From NCBI GenBank assembly GCA_020845955.1, contig JADLEU010000369.1:8462-72461 (forward strand): DNA of 64,000 nt. The letters run 5' to 3'. Source of the DNA: Anaerolineales bacterium. Its GTDB lineage: Bacteria; Chloroflexota; Anaerolineae; Anaerolineales; UBA6663. A program made the position numbers and the translations under genes. A model generated the notes under the pieces. That model did not search any database. It was not told where the DNA came from and was given only the letters and a program-made list of their open reading frames with translations. Below are positions 50,933-59,664 of the stretch, one piece after another (within the stretch, counting starts at the first letter, position 1; each line of letters starts with the position of its first letter).

Positions 50933-51637
50933 CTACGTATCCACCTGCGCCCAGCCCACGGGCGGCAGCGGCGCCTGCTCGCCGGGCTTGGAGTGTGTTA
51001 CGGCCGAGAGGCTCTTGGAAAGCCATTGGAACAACTCGGCAAAGGCCAGACCTTTGAGCCGCAGCGGCGCACGTTGTCCCGAGAACTGCGTCAGGATGGG
51101 CAAATCGGCGCCCTCCACGCCAACGGCAAAGAAGATGACGCCTTTGCGGCCTTCCTCTTCGCGCAGTTGCTGAGCGGCCAACTGCCACTCGTCGGTAGGC
51201 TTGCCATCGGTGATGAGGAACATCCAGGGCCGGAAATAGTCGATGCCGTTCTGCTTGTAGACCTCCTTGCGGTCGCGCAGGAGTTGCAGACCCTGGCGCA
51301 CCGCCGCACCCATGGGGGTATCGCCCGAGGCGGTAAGGATGGGCGGGTCGAAGCTGTCGACCGTGACGAAGGGCTGGGAGGCGTCGAAGGGCGCGCGGTT
51401 GTCAGCGCGCACATCCACCGGCCGCACCAGGCCGCCAAATGGGATGATGGCGACCTCGACACGCAGCGAAGCCAGACGGTCGGCCTGGATAGCATCTCTA
51501 AAGGCACGCAGCCCCTCGTTGAGCTCACGGATCGGCTCACCCTGCATTGAGCCGGAGGTGTCCAGCGCCAGCGCGACCGGGCAGCGCGGCTCGGGGTTGT
51601 CGGCAAACTCGGCTTGCTCCAGGACGGTGAGGGCCAT
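50933..51637 (-). CDS. von Willebrand factor A domain protein (TerY/YegL-like)
   Basis: NPEPRCPVALALDTSGSMQGEPI contains the MIDAS DxSxS motif and is followed by ITDGKPTD. AAGGAG lies 6 nt upstream of the ATG. Confidence 0.85.
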   Translation of the reverse strand: MALTVLEQAEFADNPEPRCPVALALDTSGSMQGEPIRELNEGLRAFRDAIQADRLASLRVEVAIIPFGGLVRPVDVRADNRAPFDASQPFVTVDSFDPPILTASGDTPMGAAVRQGLQLLRDRKEVYKQNGIDYFRPWMFLITDGKPTDEWQLAAQQLREEEGRKGVIFFAVGVEGADLPILTQFSGQRAPLRLKGLAFAELFQWLSKSLSAVTHSKPGEQAPLPPVGWAQVDT

Positions 51638-51669
51638 GGCGAGCTCCTTGGCGGACGGTGGGGCTTAGT

Positions 51670-52935
51670 TTACGCGAGCGCGGCGTTGACGGCTTCCAGG
51701 GTGGGTTCAATCCTAGCCGGTGGACCGGCGGCGCGCATGGCGGATTTGACATCCTTCAGGCCGCTGCCGGTGTTGAGCACGACAATCGTTTCATCGGCGC
51801 GCACCAGGCCTTGCCGGACGGCCCGAACCAGCCCGGCATGGGCGGCGGCCCCCGCCGGCTCGGCAAACACGGCCGCCTCGCGCCCCAATGTTGAAATGGC
51901 GCCCAGGATCTCATCGTCGCTGACCGTGACGAAGGCGCCGGCGGTCTCACGGACAGCGCGCACGGCGCGCACTCCGTCGCGCGGCAGGTCGACCGAGATG
52001 CTGTCGGCCAGGGTGTTGGCGGCCACCGGCGTGATGGTCTCGGTGCCAGCGGCCCAGGCCTGAGCACAGGCGGCCGAACCCTCGGCCTGCACCGCCATCA
52101 GGCGCGGCATCCGGTCGATCCAGCCCAGCGCAGTCAGGTCCTTGAGGCCCTTGTGCAGGCCGCTGATGATGTTGCCGTCACCGACCGAAACGAAGATACA
52201 GCCAGGCGCCGCCCAACGGTTGCCGGGCGCGCCCACCGCGCGCGCCAACTGATCGCAGATCTCGTAAGCAGCGGTCTTCTTGCCCTCCACGGTAAAGGCG
52301 TTGTAGCCGGTGTTGCGGCAGTACCAACCGAACTCGCGCGCGGCTGCCACCGAAAGATCGAAGGCCTGGTCGTAGTTGCCGCGCACCAGCAGGACGCGCG
52401 CGCCAAAAATCAGCAATTGCGCCACCTTGGCGGGCGGAGCCGTCTCGGGCGCGAAAATCACGGCCGGCTGAGCGACCGCACCGGCCATGCCCGCCAGGGC
52501 AGCCCCGGCATTGCCGGTGGAGGCCGTCACGACAACCTGGGCGCCTAATTCGCGGGCCCGGGTCACCACCACGGCCGAGGCGCGATCCTTGAGAGAGGCG
52601 GTTGGGTTGCGGCCATCGTCTTTGAGCCAGACGTCGCCCAGCCCAAGGCCCTGGCCGAGCCGCTCGGCACGATACAGGGGCGTGCCGCCCACGGCGCGCA
52701 GCGGCGTGCCCTGGCAGCCAGGGTCGCCCACCGGCAGCAGCGGCAGATAGCGCCAAAGTGAGAGGTCTGCCGAGTCTGCCAGCGATGACGGTGAGACAGA
52801 TCGGCCTATAGCAGCATAGTCGAGCACCACATCGAGATTGCCGCTGTCGCCGTGCCGGGGACAAACGTAACCATCGAAGTCGGGTCCATATTCTGCGGCG
52901 CACAGCGAACAGCGATAGCCAAGGAAGTGGGTCAA
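51670..52935 (-). CDS. thrC: Threonine synthase
   Basis: The N-terminus has a zinc-ribbon-like YRCSLC..CPRHG. NPTASLKDRAS gives the PLP-Lys context, and STGNAGAALA is present. The TTG start overlaps the upstream TGA (TTGA). Confidence 0.85.
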   Translation of the reverse strand: MTHFLGYRCSLCAAEYGPDFDGYVCPRHGDSGNLDVVLDYAAIGRSVSPSSLADSADLSLWRYLPLLPVGDPGCQGTPLRAVGGTPLYRAERLGQGLGLGDVWLKDDGRNPTASLKDRASAVVVTRARELGAQVVVTASTGNAGAALAGMAGAVAQPAVIFAPETAPPAKVAQLLIFGARVLLVRGNYDQAFDLSVAAAREFGWYCRNTGYNAFTVEGKKTAAYEICDQLARAVGAPGNRWAAPGCIFVSVGDGNIISGLHKGLKDLTALGWIDRMPRLMAVQAEGSAACAQAWAAGTETITPVAANTLADSISVDLPRDGVRAVRAVRETAGAFVTVSDDEILGAISTLGREAAVFAEPAGAAAHAGLVRAVRQGLVRADETIVVLNTGSGLKDVKSAMRAAGPPARIEPTLEAVNAALA

Positions 52936-54068
52936 GGCCGAGCCTGTGCACTGTCCAGTTCTTGCCGGGCGCGGGCCCGGCTGGCCGCATCGGGGGCCAG
53001 CTGCGCGGCCTGCTCGAAATCGGCCTGTGCCTCTTCGCGCCGGCCGAGCGAGCGCCGGACGACGCCGCGCCAGTAGTGAAGGTTGTGCTGACCTGGCTGC
53101 AGGGCAAGGGCGGCGCCGAATTCGGACAGCGCCTCTTCGCGCCGCCCTTGCTGCATGAAGCTGAAGGCCATTTGGCTATGCAGCTGCGCGCGTGGGCCGG
53201 CGGATAGATCGCCCATCAGCGCCCCGCGAGCGGCGCGCTCGGCCTGGGCGTAGTGCCGCTGGTCAAAGGCCAGTTGGGCCCGGGCGAACTGCAGCAAACT
53301 GTGATTGGGGTCGAGCGCAGCCGCGCGGCCGAGATAGCGCTCGGCCAGCGCCGGCTCGCCGCTGTCGAGGTAGAACAACGCCAGGTGCACCAACGGCGTG
53401 GCGCTGCCTGGCTGCGCGTCGACCACGGCTTCGAGCCGGCGGCGCGTCTCCACGAGCGCCGCCGGCTGGCGCGCCAGCCGGCGGGCAACAGCCCAGGAGC
53501 TGCGGTTGAGCCGCCACAGCGAGACCAGCAGGGTGAGATGGGCTATGGCGGTGGCCTGAGCATACGGCGCAATGCTGAAGTCGTAGATTGTCACCCAGTC
53601 GCCGAAACCGATGAACGTAAACGCCGGGTACCAGAGTAGGGCGTACAGAAGCTGCTGGCGCGCGAAACTCTCCAGGATCTCAGACCAAATGCCCCTGCGC
53701 ACGCGCAGCAGTAGCGCGATTGGCAGCAGGCCCAGCGCAATCGAGACGAGATTGCCGCTCAGCGCAATCCACCAATCTTGGAGCGGCGTGAAATTTCCGC
53801 TGGGGATGATGTAGCCCCAGAAGACGCGCCACTGGAATTCAGCTACCCGCCCGCCCACTTGCCAGGTCGCCAGGGCGTGCCCAGCCTCGTGCAGAAAAAC
53901 ACCGAGCGGAATGAAGACGAAGAAGGCCAACTCATTGGCCAGGCGGCGGTCGCTGGCGGTCACCTCGGCATCCCAGAAGCCGCGCCAGCCGCGCGCCAGC
54001 CGCAGCAGCACCTGGCCGCCGCGGAACAGGTACAGGAGGGAGATGAGGTCGAAAAGTGACGTAAGCAA
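52932..54068 (-). CDS. M50 (site-2-protease-like) membrane metallopeptidase fused to C-terminal TPR repeats
   Basis: An HExxH motif lies within a TM helix (FLHEAGHALATW). Further TM helices follow, then ~4 TPR-like repeats (ALFYLDSGEPALAERYLGRAAALDP and others). The start is uncertain: I chose the TTG at 54068 because the rest of the 525-aa track ORF overlaps proS. Confidence 0.6.
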   Translation of the reverse strand: MLTSLFDLISLLYLFRGGQVLLRLARGWRGFWDAEVTASDRRLANELAFFVFIPLGVFLHEAGHALATWQVGGRVAEFQWRVFWGYIIPSGNFTPLQDWWIALSGNLVSIALGLLPIALLLRVRRGIWSEILESFARQQLLYALLWYPAFTFIGFGDWVTIYDFSIAPYAQATAIAHLTLLVSLWRLNRSSWAVARRLARQPAALVETRRRLEAVVDAQPGSATPLVHLALFYLDSGEPALAERYLGRAAALDPNHSLLQFARAQLAFDQRHYAQAERAARGALMGDLSAGPRAQLHSQMAFSFMQQGRREEALSEFGAALALQPGQHNLHYWRGVVRRSLGRREEAQADFEQAAQLAPDAASRARARQELDSAQARP

Positions 54069-54075
54069 GCGGTGT

Positions 54076-55857
54076 CTAGGGCGCTTCGGGATACGGCACC
54101 GGCCCGACGCCGCTGGCGATGGCGTCGTACAGCGCCGTGATCTCAGCCTGCAGGCGAGACACGGCCTGGCCGAGCGGGACGATCGCGCGGTCGGGGGCGG
54201 TGCGCCGCTTAAGCTCGACGCCGCCTTGCTTGAGCGAGCGCTCGCTAACCGTGACACGCAAGGGTAAGCCGATGAGGTCGGCGTCTTTGAACTTGACACC
54301 GGGACGCTCGTCACGGTCGTCAAAGAGGACTTCGACGCCAGCCGCCTGGAGGCGGGCATATAGCGCCTCGGCTTCGCGCTGGGCCTGACCGGCCGCGTCG
54401 GGCAGGAGCACCAGGTGCACCTGGTACGGCGCCACGGTGATTGGCCAAGCCAGCCCGTCGGCGTCGTGGTGCGCCTCCGCCACGCAGGCCAGCAGCCGGC
54501 CGCTGCCAATGCCGTAGGAACCCATGATCACCGCGCGCTGGCTGCCGCCGCGGTCAAGGAACGTCGCACCCATAGCGTCGGTATAGCGCGTGCCCAACTT
54601 GAAGATATTGCCGACCTCCACACCGCGCGAGACGCGCAGGGCGTGCCCGCACACAGGGCAGGCGTCGCCCTCCCCGGCCGCAGCAATATCGGCCACGATG
54701 GCGGCCGTAAAGTCACGGCCGTAATTCACGCCGCGCGTGTGGTAGCCCGGCTCGTTGGCGCCGCCGACCAGGTTGGGCGAGGTTGGGATGGCCTCGTCGA
54801 CCACGACCAACACTCGGCGCGGGTCAAGCCCGACCGGCGAAGCATAGCCCGGCACGGCGCCCACCGCCCGAATTTCTTCCTCCCGGGCGGGACGCAACTC
54901 CTTGGCCTTGACGGCGTTGGCCAGCTTGGTTTCGTTGACTTCCATATCGCCGCGCACCAGCGCTAAGACAAAGCGGTCCACGGCGCTGTCGCCCTGGGGC
55001 ACGCTGGCGATCAGGAACACCGCTTTGGCTGTGCGGGCCTTGGGTACCCCCAGAAACTCGGCCAGCGCCTCGATGGTGGCCACGCCGGGCGTGGCCACCC
55101 GCTCCAGCGGCTGGGGAGCTTCGGCCGCGGTGGCCGGCTTGCGGAAGCGCGCGATCTGCCGGTTGGCCGCATAGCCACAGTGGTCGCAGAGCAGCAGCGT
55201 GTCCTCGCCAATGGGGGTGAGGTACATGAACTCATGTGCCAAGCTGCCGCCCATCATGCCAACGTCGGACTTGACGGTGATGGTCGGCAGCGCACAACGG
55301 TTGAAGATGTTGAAATAGGCCTGGTAGTGAGCCCGATACTGACGGTCGAGGCTGGCCTCATCGGCGTCGAGGCTGTAACTGTCGAGCATGGTGAACTCGC
55401 GCACGCGGATGAGGCCGGCGCGCGGCCGCGGGTCGTCGCGCCACTTGGTCTGGATGTGGTACACCAGCATGGGCAGTTGGCGGTAGGACTGTACCTCGCG
55501 GCGCGTCAGGTCGGCGACGACCTCCTCATGGGTCATGGCCAGGGCCATGTCGCGGCCGGATTTGTCCTTCAGGCGCCCCATCTCCGTGCCGATCTGGTGC
55601 CAGCGGCCGGTCTCCTTCCAGATGTCGGCCGGGTGCACGACGGGCATGGTCACCTCCTGCCCGCCGATGGCGTTGATCTCCTCGCGCATGATATTTTCGA
55701 TCTTGGTCAAAGAACGCCGGGCTAGACCCAGATAGCTAAAGATGCCGGCGCCAAGCTGGCGGATGAAGCCAGCGCGCACCAGCAATTGGTGGCTGACGAC
55801 TTCGGCCTCGGCCGGCGCCTCGCGCAAGGTCTGGCCGAATTGGTGACTCATTCGCAT
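54076..55857 (-). CDS. proS: Proline--tRNA ligase (bacterial type with INS editing domain)
   Basis: FGQTLREAPAEAEVVSHQLLVRAGFIRQLGAGIFSYL..VHPADIWKETGRW matches the family. The ~590-aa length fits the bacterial-type enzyme. A GAGGAA Shine-Dalgarno sequence lies 7 nt upstream of the ATG at 55857. Confidence 0.95.
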   Translation of the reverse strand: MRMSHQFGQTLREAPAEAEVVSHQLLVRAGFIRQLGAGIFSYLGLARRSLTKIENIMREEINAIGGQEVTMPVVHPADIWKETGRWHQIGTEMGRLKDKSGRDMALAMTHEEVVADLTRREVQSYRQLPMLVYHIQTKWRDDPRPRAGLIRVREFTMLDSYSLDADEASLDRQYRAHYQAYFNIFNRCALPTITVKSDVGMMGGSLAHEFMYLTPIGEDTLLLCDHCGYAANRQIARFRKPATAAEAPQPLERVATPGVATIEALAEFLGVPKARTAKAVFLIASVPQGDSAVDRFVLALVRGDMEVNETKLANAVKAKELRPAREEEIRAVGAVPGYASPVGLDPRRVLVVVDEAIPTSPNLVGGANEPGYHTRGVNYGRDFTAAIVADIAAAGEGDACPVCGHALRVSRGVEVGNIFKLGTRYTDAMGATFLDRGGSQRAVIMGSYGIGSGRLLACVAEAHHDADGLAWPITVAPYQVHLVLLPDAAGQAQREAEALYARLQAAGVEVLFDDRDERPGVKFKDADLIGLPLRVTVSERSLKQGGVELKRRTAPDRAIVPLGQAVSRLQAEITALYDAIASGVGPVPYPEAP

Positions 55858-55871
55858 GGAAACGATTCCTC

Positions 55872-56840
55872 TTAGGCTCCGCGCTCGCCGCGGATGTAGG
55901 GCAACCCCAGTGCCGCTGGCGCCCCCAGGCGCTTACGCAGCGCCTCGCGCGACCCGATGATCAAGACAACGATGGTAAATAGATACGGCAGCATCTGCAG
56001 GAAGAAGCCCAGGTACGGGTTGAAGAAGAAGGGGTTGCGCAAGCCCAGCAGGGCCTGTGGTCCCTGGATGTCTAGAATCATGCGGCGCAGCGCGCCAAAG
56101 GTGTAGGCTCCAAAGGCGGCCCGCCACGGGTCCCACTGGGCAAAGATGACCAACCCGATCGCGATCCAACCTTGGCCCGAAGTTGTGAGCTCACTGAACC
56201 AACCCGGCGAAATCGCCAGGCTGATAGTGCCACCGGCCAGGCCGGCCAGCGTGCCGCCAACGAAGACGTAGAGGTAACGCAGGCGATAGACGTTTAGCCC
56301 CATGGCATCGGCCGCGGTCGGGTTTTCGCCCACGGCCCGCAGGTGCAGGCCGGGCCGGGTAAAGTGGATGTAGGCCCAGACCGCGGGCACCAGCAGGTAG
56401 CCGACATAGACCATGATGCTGTGGTTGGTGAAGAAGATCGGCCCCAAGATTGGAATGGCCGAGAGCACAGGAACGGACTGCACGGGCAGGAGTGAAATCG
56501 CGCCTGCCTTATTCAACCCTTCGCCGAAGACTAGGCTCAGGCCGGTGCCCAGGAAGGTAAGGGCCAAACCGCTGACAACCTGGTCGGCTTGGAAATGGAT
56601 GGTAACGACGCCGTGCAGCAGCGCCAGGAGGCCGGCCACCAGCATGGCGACCAACAATCCCAGGAACCCATTGCCGGTCGTCACCGTAACGCCAAAAGCG
56701 CTCATGGCGCCGATCAACATCATCCCCTCAAGCCCCAGGTTCATGACCCCAGACCGCTCGGTGATGATTTCGCCAATGGTGGCGAACAGCAGGACGGTGC
56801 CGCTGGCGACACCGGCCTGCAGGATGATGATCGGATCCAA
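55872..56840 (-). CDS. ABC transporter permease (BMP/nucleoside-type, YufQ/NupQ-like)
   Basis: The TTG at 56840 is preceded by AAGGAGAGGAG. The product LDPIIILQAGVASGTVLLFATIGEIITERSGVMNLGLEGMM is typical of the family. The track's longer ATG start overlaps the upstream gene by 65 nt. Confidence 0.85.
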   Translation of the reverse strand: MDPIIILQAGVASGTVLLFATIGEIITERSGVMNLGLEGMMLIGAMSAFGVTVTTGNGFLGLLVAMLVAGLLALLHGVVTIHFQADQVVSGLALTFLGTGLSLVFGEGLNKAGAISLLPVQSVPVLSAIPILGPIFFTNHSIMVYVGYLLVPAVWAYIHFTRPGLHLRAVGENPTAADAMGLNVYRLRYLYVFVGGTLAGLAGGTISLAISPGWFSELTTSGQGWIAIGLVIFAQWDPWRAAFGAYTFGALRRMILDIQGPQALLGLRNPFFFNPYLGFFLQMLPYLFTIVVLIIGSREALRKRLGAPAALGLPYIRGERGA

Positions 56841-56856
56841 GTCGCGCTCCTCTCCT

Positions 56857-57990
56857 TCAGGCCGGTTCCGCGTCCACACGCACCAGCCGAACGCGGTAGC
56901 GCAGCAGGACTTCGCTGGCAATCAGCGTGAACAAGATAATACCCTGGATCAACCGCGGGACACCAGCCGGCTGGATTTCGCGCCCGGCCAGGATCAGGCC
57001 GCCAAACAGGACCGATACCGGGGCGACGACCAACGGGTTGAGCTTGGCCAGCCAGGCAATGATAATGCCGGTGAAGCCATAGCCCGGCGAGATGGAGGTC
57101 TGCAAGCGGTGGACCACGCCGGAGATCTCCGACATACCCGCCAGGCCAGCCAATGCCCCCGAAAGCATCATGACCAGAACAGTGTTGCGGACGATGTTGA
57201 CGCCGGCGTAATGGGCCGCACGCGGGTTGTCGCCTACCAACCTGATCTCAAAGCCCCAAAGGCTGCGGTACAGGATGTACCACACCACGCCGGCAGCCAC
57301 AAGCGCGAAGGCCAGTCCCAGGTGGGTGGTCAGCCCCCGAAACAGCGGCACCTGGCTGGCATAGTCAGCCAGGCGCGGTAGCCAGGCAGCCCGTTGAAAG
57401 GTCGGGCTCATCTGAAAACCGCCTTCGCTCCAGACTGCAAAAACAAAGAAGTTCACCAGCGAGATAGCGACATAGTTCAACATCAGTGTGGTGATGACTT
57501 CGTTGACGCGCAGGGTGGCCTTGAGCAGGCCGGGGATGGCGCCCCACAGCGCTCCGAAGGCCATACCAGCGACCAGCATGGCTGGAATGGTCACCCAGCG
57601 CGGAGCTTCGATTGGAACGATGGGCGCCAGAACGACGACACTAGCTCCCAGCGCGCCCATGAAGAACTGGCCTTCGGCCCCGATGTTCCAAAGCTTCATC
57701 TGAAAGGCAACGGCACAGGCCAGGCCGACCAGGATCAGCGGCGTGGCCTTGACCAGCGTATCGGAGAACACCCCCAAATTGCCAAAGGCCGCGCGGCCAA
57801 TGTGGGCATAAGCGGCGACCGCGTCGCCGCCCACGATCTCGAGGATCACCGCGCCCAGGAGCAGTGCGACGAGAATGGCGCCCAGCGAGACCAGCGGGCT
57901 CAGCCAGCGAGGCGCCTCCAGACGCCGGTCAACTTGCAGGCGATAGGGCAGCCGCCAGCGCCGCGGCACGGCGGTTGCGGTGGTCGCCAT
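56857..57990 (-). CDS. ABC transporter permease (BMP/nucleoside-type, YufP/NupP-like)
   Basis: The ORF is a multi-TM protein with FQMKLWNIGAEGQFFMGA, the family pattern. Confidence 0.85.
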   Translation of the reverse strand: MATTATAVPRRWRLPYRLQVDRRLEAPRWLSPLVSLGAILVALLLGAVILEIVGGDAVAAYAHIGRAAFGNLGVFSDTLVKATPLILVGLACAVAFQMKLWNIGAEGQFFMGALGASVVVLAPIVPIEAPRWVTIPAMLVAGMAFGALWGAIPGLLKATLRVNEVITTLMLNYVAISLVNFFVFAVWSEGGFQMSPTFQRAAWLPRLADYASQVPLFRGLTTHLGLAFALVAAGVVWYILYRSLWGFEIRLVGDNPRAAHYAGVNIVRNTVLVMMLSGALAGLAGMSEISGVVHRLQTSISPGYGFTGIIIAWLAKLNPLVVAPVSVLFGGLILAGREIQPAGVPRLIQGIILFTLIASEVLLRYRVRLVRVDAEPA

Positions 57991-57991
57991 G

Positions 57992-59590
57992 TCAGCCTCC
58001 TTCCCCCGCCGGGGCCGCGTAGGCGCGTTTCCCGCCGGTCATCATCAGTCCGATAGCCTCCGGATCGTGTTCAGTGACCTCACCGGCCACTTCGCCCTCG
58101 TATATAACGACGATGCGATCGCTGAGGGCGAAGATCTCCTCCAGTTCTTCCGAGATGAGCAACACCGCGGCCCCGGCTTCGCGTTGCGCCAGCAGGAGCC
58201 GCTGGACTCCCTCGATGGCCCCGACGTCCAGGCCGCGGGTAGGCTGCACGGCGATCAAGAGCTGAGGCCGCACCGAAAGCTCGCGCGCCAGTATGACGCG
58301 TTGCAAGTTGCCGCCGGAGAGGAAGCGCGCCGGAGTCTTGACGCTGGGTGCCAGGATTTGATACTCGGTCTTGAGCGTCTCAGCGGCCGCCTGAGCCGTG
58401 GTGTAGTTCAGGCTCCAACCTTGCGCCAGGGGCGCATGGCGGTACTGCTTCATGATCACGTTGTCCGTGATCGTCAAGTTAGGCGCGCTACCCACATGGG
58501 TACGGTCTTCCGGCACATGGGCAACCCCTTGCTCGATCAGGGCGCGCGGTGGCGAGTTGGTGACTTCTAGGCCATGCACCAGGAGCCGCCCAGACGTGCA
58601 TCGGCGCAGCCCGGTGATCACCTCGGCCAGCTCGGCCTGCCCGTTGCCGGCCACGCCCGCCACGCCGACGATCTCGCCGGCCCGCACGGTCACCGAGAAA
58701 TTGCGCAGTGCCGGCCGGCCCTTGTTGTTTTCGGCGCACACTTGATCCACCGTCAGCACGACTTCACCGGGCGCCTGAGGTCTCTTCTGCAAGTCAAACA
58801 GGACCGTCCGCCCGACCATCAAGCGTGCCAACTCGGGGATTGTGGTCTCGTTGGCGCGGACCCCAGCGGCCGTGACGCGCCCCTGCCGCAGAACGGTGAC
58901 ACGATCGGCGATCGCCATCACCTCGTTGAGCTTGTGGCTGATGAAAACAATCGACTTGCCTTCGGCCACCATCGAGCGCAGCGTGGCAAACAACCCCTCG
59001 ATCTCGTGGGGCGCCAGGACGGCGGTGGGCTCGTCCATGACAAGGATCTGCACGCCCCGATAGAGCATTTTGAGAATCTCAACACGCTGCTGCTCGCCCA
59101 CCGAGAGCTGCCAGATCTTGGCCTGGGGCGCGACGCTCAGGCCAAAGCGCTGGCCGAGGTCGGCCACGCGCCGGTCATGCTCAGGCAGCCGCAGCCAAAA
59201 GCGCGGCGTGGCAAGGCCCAGGAGCACATTTTCAGTCACGCTCTGGCTCTGCACGAGCGTGAAGTGCTGATGGATCATGCCCAACCCGTGAGCGATGGCA
59301 TCACGCGGCGAATTGAACGCCACCGGCTGGCCATGCAGGAGAATGCTGCCGGCCTCCGGTTTGTATAGGCCAGCCAGGACGCTCATGAGCGTGCTCTTGC
59401 CGGCGCCGTTCTCGCCCAGCAAGGCATGGATCTCGCCGGGCCGCAAATCAAAGTCAACGTGGTCGTTGGCCAACACGCCGGGAAAACGCTTGACGATGCC
59501 GCGCATTTCGACGGCGTTTTGGTTGACCGCCAGGTTGGCGTCAACCGCGGGTATGGCCGCGTTTGGGTGTTCAACCATGAGCTTGCCCAT
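57992..59590 (-). CDS. ABC transporter ATP-binding protein with duplicated NBDs (sugar/nucleoside type)
   Basis: The first Walker A is GENGAGKST and the second NBD has GVAGNGQ. Two signature regions are present (LSVGEQQRVEI and LSGGNLQRVIL). The start is ATG 59590 or 59578. Confidence 0.9.
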   Translation of the reverse strand: MGKLMVEHPNAAIPAVDANLAVNQNAVEMRGIVKRFPGVLANDHVDFDLRPGEIHALLGENGAGKSTLMSVLAGLYKPEAGSILLHGQPVAFNSPRDAIAHGLGMIHQHFTLVQSQSVTENVLLGLATPRFWLRLPEHDRRVADLGQRFGLSVAPQAKIWQLSVGEQQRVEILKMLYRGVQILVMDEPTAVLAPHEIEGLFATLRSMVAEGKSIVFISHKLNEVMAIADRVTVLRQGRVTAAGVRANETTIPELARLMVGRTVLFDLQKRPQAPGEVVLTVDQVCAENNKGRPALRNFSVTVRAGEIVGVAGVAGNGQAELAEVITGLRRCTSGRLLVHGLEVTNSPPRALIEQGVAHVPEDRTHVGSAPNLTITDNVIMKQYRHAPLAQGWSLNYTTAQAAAETLKTEYQILAPSVKTPARFLSGGNLQRVILARELSVRPQLLIAVQPTRGLDVGAIEGVQRLLLAQREAGAAVLLISEELEEIFALSDRIVVIYEGEVAGEVTEHDPEAIGLMMTGGKRAYAAPAGEGG

Positions 59591-59664
59591 CCAGGCCTGG
59601 GCCAGCGGCAGGCCGCCGGCCCAGGCCCAGCACATTCTTACGAACTAGCGGCAGCTGCCAGGAG

